Assembly: GCA_019057815.1 (NCBI GenBank)
Contig: JAHLWR010000005.1
Span: 1-64,000 of the forward strand
Source: Candidatus Heimdallarchaeota archaeon
GTDB taxonomy: Archaea > Asgardarchaeota > Heimdallarchaeia > Heimdallarchaeales > Heimdallarchaeaceae
Length of the DNA: 64,000 nt
Direction of reading: 5' to 3'
Both the position numbers and the translations under genes were made by a program. Positions 58,522-64,000 of this stretch are shown here, piece by piece. How positions within the stretch are numbered: position 1 is the first letter of the stretch; each line of letters opens with the position of its first letter. The notes below the pieces were generated by a model that was not told the origin of the DNA, searched no databases, and saw only the letters and a list, made by a program, of their open reading frames with translations.

Positions 58522-59529
58522 TTAACACTTTAGCTTCTTTATCAACCATGGAAATAGTAGTATTATGATTGGCCCAAGCAGTGAATAAACTACCAAATCA
58601 ACAATTGGTTTGGTCGTTGTTACAGGATCAGGATCATAAAATACGTTATCGTATAAGTAAATAAGTGTTATAACAACAATTCCAAAAATTACTCTAACTA
58701 TAATCTTCCACCATTTGTCTACTTTATTCTCAAAGTTTACAAAATTATCTTCTAATATATATGACATTGATACAGTAATAAAAAAGGTCAAATATTTTAG
58801 ATTACTAAACATATACTCTTTTTCAGCTTGAACTCCTAAGTCGTGTAAGAAGATTATTGGTAATGCAATTACAACAAGTAGTAAGCCAATATATAACATT
58901 TTTATAACAGTTGACTGTTTTTCCAAGTGATTCTCAATAGGTTGTTTTATTGTAAGATATATAGCTATAATAATCAAACCCAAACCAAAACCCATGAGCA
59001 CATCTGTAAACCAGTGGACAACTAAATATATTCTTGAAAAACCTATTAACAAGGGTAATATTATGGCAACAGTTATCATTCCCCATTTTGTTATGAAAGA
59101 TGTTAATACACCCCAAAAAGTAGAACTTATTTGAGCATGACCACTAGGTAAACCGTAGGAAGGCTCACCTGGATCAGTATATCCCCAAGATGTATTGGGT
59201 CTGTCTAGACTAAAAGCAGCTTTTGAGGATGCATTAATTACTGTTGAGGAAAATACTAAAAAAATAGCTCTGTAAGCTTTCTTTTTATCCCAAGCATAAT
59301 AAAGAATTAATAGAACGCCAATATATATAATTGATTCTCCAAGATAAGTTATTACTTTCATTATTGATTCTAAGGTACTATTGTCAATACTAAAGAAAAA
59401 ATCTGCAATTGCTTTATCAACAGGATTAGCTCTGTTTGGATGATACGCATAAACTATAACTAATGATGCGGTTATTAATGCTACTCCTATTCCTAGTATT
59501 ATTATTGCAACGATGTTTTTCTTTTTCAT
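58522..59529 (-). CDS. PAP2-family membrane phosphatase
   Basis: K..F...RP, PSGHAQ, SRIYLVVHWFTDV; start approximate. Confidence 0.92.
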   Translation of the reverse strand: MKKKNIVAIIILGIGVALITASLVIVYAYHPNRANPVDKAIADFFFSIDNSTLESIMKVITYLGESIIYIGVLLILYYAWDKKKAYRAIFLVFSSTVINASSKAAFSLDRPNTSWGYTDPGEPSYGLPSGHAQISSTFWGVLTSFITKWGMITVAIILPLLIGFSRIYLVVHWFTDVLMGFGLGLIIIAIYLTIKQPIENHLEKQSTVIKMLYIGLLLVVIALPIIFLHDLGVQAEKEYMFSNLKYLTFFITVSMSYILEDNFVNFENKVDKWWKIIVRVIFGIVVITLIYLYDNVFYDPDPVTTTKPIVDLVVYSLLGPIIILLFPWLIKKLKC

Positions 59530-59912
59530 AGTGCGCAAAATCGTCATCGGTTGCTGATAAATGTTTCTTCTTTCTTGACTCAAAGGTGTTACAAAAAAAA
59601 GTAGTCATAACGTATTATTTTTGTATTGTTCATGTACATGATATAGTGTTTAAGAGCGCAATATGTTTATAATCAGCAATATCAACATTGAGTAAGATTT
59701 TAACAATAAGTAAATGTTTTTTATTAGTAATCACCTTACTTGAAGTTACTATGAACAGATTATTATTTATATCACAGTCAAGTATTTTCTTTGCATTCTT
59801 GTTCACAACAAACATTACTAAGAAATATAACACATAATATTAGTCACTAAAAAGTATCATCATTTTTTATCATTGTAAAATAATCACAATGAGATATTTT
59901 TTGTGGAGTGAT

Positions 59913-60902
59913 TTAGCTAGGTCTAGAAACATTTCCTTGATGCTTTTGAAATTTAATTGATGTTATTAACACTGCCAAGACGATCATTTCAGCTCCTATT
60001 GCTGTCCACATCTCTGGGATAGTTGAGAATATAATCCACTCCAGCAGAAAGGCAATAACTACTTCAAGTAACATGAAGACACTACTTTCGCCTTCTTTTG
60101 CTTTCTTTAGACCTTCCATATAAAGTGCAAACGCAACTACAGTGCACACAATAGCTAAATACACTACAGCACCAATTGACTTCCATGTGAATCCTGCGAC
60201 AATTGTGTTCCATGATTTATTTATTAGTACAAATGGTGTTATTAACACCAAGAATACTGCGGACCACACTGTTGTTCCAAAGAACACAGTCATTCCTGTT
60301 AGTTCTTCATTTTTTTCTAGATGTTTCTTGGAAATAATTATGTATACGGTCCAAAGCACCCCCGAACACAGGGTTAACAAATTCCCCTTTATTGAATCAA
60401 CTGTGATTTCTTTAAAATTCATATTAGTTGTAACAAAAAATGCACCTAAAAGTCCAAGCATTGCGCTAGCAATCACTTTTATTGTATGTTTTTCCTTTAG
60501 GAAATAGGGTGCCAATAGTGGTACTAAAACAACATAAAAGTTTACAAACAATGATGCGTTTCATGCTGTTGTATACTGTTGTCCTAAGAATTGAAAGAGG
60601 AAAGATAAAGCGTTACAGAAGCCTATCAATATTATTACTCGTGATGTTATAAGCTTTTTAAGCCTCTTTATTTTCATTATTGCAAAAGGCAAGAAAAGCA
60701 ACGTTGCTAGACCAAACCTAAGAGAAGCAAAAACTATAGAGTCAATACCTTCTTCGAGTCCCCATCTAATAGCCACAAATGAACTCCCCCATAGGACTGC
60801 AGCAATTGCTACCAAAGAATTTCCTGGGAGAGAAAGTAGTTTCACAATGTATTTCCTAAAAGAATTTCTATTGAAAAACATTTCTTTGTCAGAAAAAACC
60901 AT
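59913..60902 (-). pseudogene. DMT/EamA transporter interrupted by an in-frame TGA (60561-60563)
   Basis: ORFs 60561-60902 and 59913-60551 share a frame: QQYTTA*NASLFVNFY; together they form one 10-TM EamA. Confidence 0.8.
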
Positions 60903-60993
60903 TCTTCCTACTTTTTAGCTATAAATACATTATTAGGTTTTGGTAACTTTTTTCTATTAGGTTTATATATCAATCTCTCTTTGTATTAGTAGA

Positions 60994-61941
60994 ATGACCC
61001 GTGAATCTGTCCTTCTCTTGCTTTTAAAGTACATGGGATACATAAATGGTCGTGTTATGTTCCAAAAACTGCTGTTTCTTTTGGAAAAAAACTATCATAT
61101 AATTACGGGTTATAATTTTGTTCCTTTTAAATATGGTCCATATTGTCAAGCAATCCAAAAGGATTTACACCATTTGAATGATTATGGTTATATTGACCAT
61201 GAAGAACTCACTAAGAATGATAATGAAATTCTTCATCGTTATCAGTTGACGGAAATTGGTGAACAGCAACTATTGGAAAATGAAGTTCCTCACATCTATG
61301 ACCAAGTTGTTCAAGACTTATGTTATGATTTCAAGAATTACAGTGTAAGACAATTAGTTGAATATGTTTATGAAAACTATCCGGAGTATACAGTACACTC
61401 AGAAATTATCGAACAATTTAAACCAAAACCAAAACAAGAAGAATTTACCTCAGCTGATATGCTTCTTGATCGTAAACCAATAATTGTACCCTCTTTTGTT
61501 AATTGGTTAGATGAAGAGATCAACAAAGCCACAAAAAGATTGGGAATTTCCAATGAACCTCTAGAAAAGAAAGTAGATGACCTTGAAGTTGATGATTTGA
61601 TAATTGAAATGCTTTATATTGCATACGAAGACATAATGGCTAAAACACAAGAAGTTTCCACACAGCTCATGGTAGAAAATTATAGTGAAGCTGGTGAAAT
61701 AAATAACAAGTGTTATTTCATTATGGACATTCTGGATAAACTTCTTGGTTCGCTTCAAGAAGGTGATGTAATTGGGGTATACACAGAATTTGCCAATACT
61801 CGAACAAATCTTCAAATGCTTGATGAGCTTATAGCCCTACATAAATCTTCTCTACGTTCTGACCTTGTACGATTACTTTTCGAATTCATAGAAGATGTCA
61901 ACTATCTATTGGATAGTATCGACCACATTGTGTATCTTTAG
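60994..61941 (+). CDS. DUF4065/SocA (Panacea)-like winged-helix domain fused to a helical C-terminal domain
   Basis: GRVMFQKLLFLL, YNFVPFKYGPY, LVEYVYENYPEY. Confidence 0.7.
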   Translation: MTRESVLLLLLKYMGYINGRVMFQKLLFLLEKNYHIITGYNFVPFKYGPYCQAIQKDLHHLNDYGYIDHEELTKNDNEILHRYQLTEIGEQQLLENEVPHIYDQVVQDLCYDFKNYSVRQLVEYVYENYPEYTVHSEIIEQFKPKPKQEEFTSADMLLDRKPIIVPSFVNWLDEEINKATKRLGISNEPLEKKVDDLEVDDLIIEMLYIAYEDIMAKTQEVSTQLMVENYSEAGEINNKCYFIMDILDKLLGSLQEGDVIGVYTEFANTRTNLQMLDELIALHKSSLRSDLVRLLFEFIEDVNYLLDSIDHIVYL

Positions 61942-62005
61942 AAGTTTCACCTCTCTTTTAACCGCTATTTTTCGAAAAAAAGAAGAAAAATAGGAGAGAA
62001 TTATT

Positions 62006-64000
62006 TTATTCATTTTCCTTTTTTATTGTTGCTTGTGCAGCAGCTAACCTAGCAACAGGAACTCTATATGGAGAACAACTAACATAATCTAAGCCAATTC
62101 GATAACAAAAATCTATAGATTTTAGTTCACCACCTTGTTCTCCGCATATACCTATCTCAAGATTGGGATTGGCTTGTTTTCCTTCATCTACGCACATCTT
62201 CATTAGACGACCGACTCCTGGTTGATCTATTGTCACGAAAGGATCATCAGCAATTATGTCCAGTTCCAAGTATCGTGCTATGAGTGATCCAGTATCATCT
62301 CTACTGAAACCTAGTGCCATTTGATGTAAATCATTTGTTCCAAAAGAGAAGAATTGCGCTCCATTTTCACCGCCCGCTATCTCTCCAGCAGTTAAAGCGG
62401 CACGAGGAACTTCAATCATTGTTCCAACAAGGTAGTCAAATTCTATATCTTCTTCTTCCATTACTTGTTTTGCAACCTTATCTACTATTTCCTTTTGATG
62501 TTGAAATTCTTTTGAAAAGCCAATAAGTGGTACCATAATTTCTGGCATTACGTCTTTTCCTTTTTTCTTTACTTTTGCAGCAGCACGAAATATTGCCTCG
62601 CTTTGCATTACAGTTACCATCTGAAGAGTGATTCCCAATCTACAGCCACGAAGTCCAAGCATTGGATTTTGCTCATGCATTGATTTTACAACTTCAAGGA
62701 GTTCGTATTTGTCCTTCAACATATCTTCGCTCTTGCCTTCTAAACGTTCTTCATATATTTCAGTTATGAGTTCTTCAATACTTGGTAGAAATTCATGTAA
62801 CGGAGGATCTATGAGACGAATAATAACAGGTTTTCCTTCTGCGACTTCAAATAAACCTTCAAAATCTGCTTGTTGTAGGGGTTCAAGTTTGTCTACTGCT
62901 TCTTGTCGTTCTTTCTCTGTTTTAGCTAAAATCATATCTCTAACTAGAGGGATATTATCGAAAAACATATGCTCTGTCCTACAAAGACCTATTCCCTCTG
63001 CTCCAAAATCAAGCGCTTTTCTGAATTGATCAGGTTTATCGGCATTTGCTTTTACGCTAATTTTTGCTATGTTATCACACCATTCAAGTATCTTTGTCAT
63101 ACCTTCTGGCAAAGAAGCTGGTGTTGTAGGTAATTTTCCTTTATATACAAATCCATCAGTACCATCTATTGTAATCCATTCACCTTCTCTGATTATCATA
63201 CCTTTACCATGTAATTCTGTTTTTTCAATATCAATGAAAATACCGCCTCGTTCACTTCCCACTATACATGCTTTACCTATTTGACGAGCAACAATAGCTG
63301 CGTGAGATGTTAAACCACCTTTCATTGTGAGTATTCCTTGACTTGCTGCCATGCCATGAAAATCTTCAGGTGTTGTTTCAACACGAACAAGAATGACATC
63401 ATCACCACGATCAGTGGCGTCTTTAGCTCTATCAGCATCAAAATAAGCTTTACCGCTTGCAGCAGCAGCTCCAGCAGCTAGTCCTGAACCAATAACACTG
63501 GATTCCATTTCATGTTTAATTTGTTGAATAGGTGCATTTGGGTTAATTTCAGGCCAATTTACTGAAGGAAATAAACAATTATCTACATCACTTGGTTGGA
63601 TGCGCATTATTGCTTCTTCTTTACTTATTACCCCCTCTATTACAAGATCATAAGCAATTTTTCCTGCTGCAACACCTGTTCTTTTACCATTTCGAGTTTG
63701 GAGAATATACATTTTTCCTTGTTGAATTGTAAATTCCATATCTTGCATGTCATGGTATAGTTTCTCCAGTGTTTCAGATACCTCAAAAAGTTGATTATAA
63801 ACCTCGGGCATAATCTTTGTCAATTCTTCAATGGGTTGAGGAGTACGAATCCCTGCAACTACATCTTCTCCTTGAGCATTAATGAGATATTCACCATATA
63901 ACGTTCTATCACCATTTGAGGGGTTACGAGTAAAAGCTACACCAGTTGCTGAGTCATTACCCATATTACCATAAACCATTGTTTGAATATTTACTGCTGT
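62006..64000 (-). CDS. ppdK: Pyruvate, phosphate dikinase (5' part outside window)
   Basis: MVYGNMG..SATGVAFTRNP, GGLTSHAA, GIGLCRTEHM, FSFGTNDL, SCSPYRVP. Confidence 0.97.
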   Translation of the reverse strand, partial: TAVNIQTMVYGNMGNDSATGVAFTRNPSNGDRTLYGEYLINAQGEDVVAGIRTPQPIEELTKIMPEVYNQLFEVSETLEKLYHDMQDMEFTIQQGKMYILQTRNGKRTGVAAGKIAYDLVIEGVISKEEAIMRIQPSDVDNCLFPSVNWPEINPNAPIQQIKHEMESSVIGSGLAAGAAAASGKAYFDADRAKDATDRGDDVILVRVETTPEDFHGMAASQGILTMKGGLTSHAAIVARQIGKACIVGSERGGIFIDIEKTELHGKGMIIREGEWITIDGTDGFVYKGKLPTTPASLPEGMTKILEWCDNIAKISVKANADKPDQFRKALDFGAEGIGLCRTEHMFFDNIPLVRDMILAKTEKERQEAVDKLEPLQQADFEGLFEVAEGKPVIIRLIDPPLHEFLPSIEELITEIYEERLEGKSEDMLKDKYELLEVVKSMHEQNPMLGLRGCRLGITLQMVTVMQSEAIFRAAAKVKKKGKDVMPEIMVPLIGFSKEFQHQKEIVDKVAKQVMEEEDIEFDYLVGTMIEVPRAALTAGEIAGGENGAQFFSFGTNDLHQMALGFSRDDTGSLIARYLELDIIADDPFVTIDQPGVGRLMKMCVDEGKQANPNLEIGICGEQGGELKSIDFCYRIGLDYVSCSPYRVPVARLAAAQATIKKENE

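Noticed and set aside
60561-60563. Selenocysteine recoding of the EamA TGA
   Set aside because: The position is not a conserved Cys site and no SECIS-like hairpin is evident
234-63284. Numerous 60-130 aa antisense or out-of-frame ORFs in the ORF track (e.g. 2277-2492, 19566-19961, 46575-46952, 62628-63029)
   Set aside because: They lie within well-supported genes and show no recognisable motifs

Overview
AT-rich, gene-dense archaeal chromosome segment, most likely from an Asgard archaeon (probably Heimdallarchaeia-like). The assignment is an inference from the Rab-like GTPase, eL38, an RPA14-like OB-fold protein and the archaeal information-processing genes. Most of the window is housekeeping: RpiA, PINA ATPase, EndA, Taw2/Trm5-like methyltransferase, NAC, a split A/V-ATPase locus (H,F | A,B), TFE, the TFS-RPA3-like-PCNA-GINS-S27e cluster, MBF1, PAN, aTrm56, TrmB-PGI/PMI-GlmS-GlmU, SufS, FAU-1, UDG, uL16, uS7 and a partial PpdK. 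There are six tRNA genes, three with introns; Leu-CAA and a CAU-anticodon tRNA each carry two. Most notable: (1) two tandem single-pass proteins with an FKBP-like ectodomain and an 8-Cys RING-like cytoplasmic finger; (2) a sharp pyrimidine-to-purine synonymous-codon switch inside glmS, directly beside a 2.7-kb island (AbrB/LAGLIDADG-like protein, solo Cas4-like nuclease, two paralogous Zn-finger microproteins) lying between glmS and glmU; (3) a DPM2-like membrane protein; (4) an unannotated Flp-like pilin; (5) PIP boxes on DUF2797 and UDG. No CRISPR array, transposase or integrase was found. All family assignments come from motif recognition by eye; no database searches were run.
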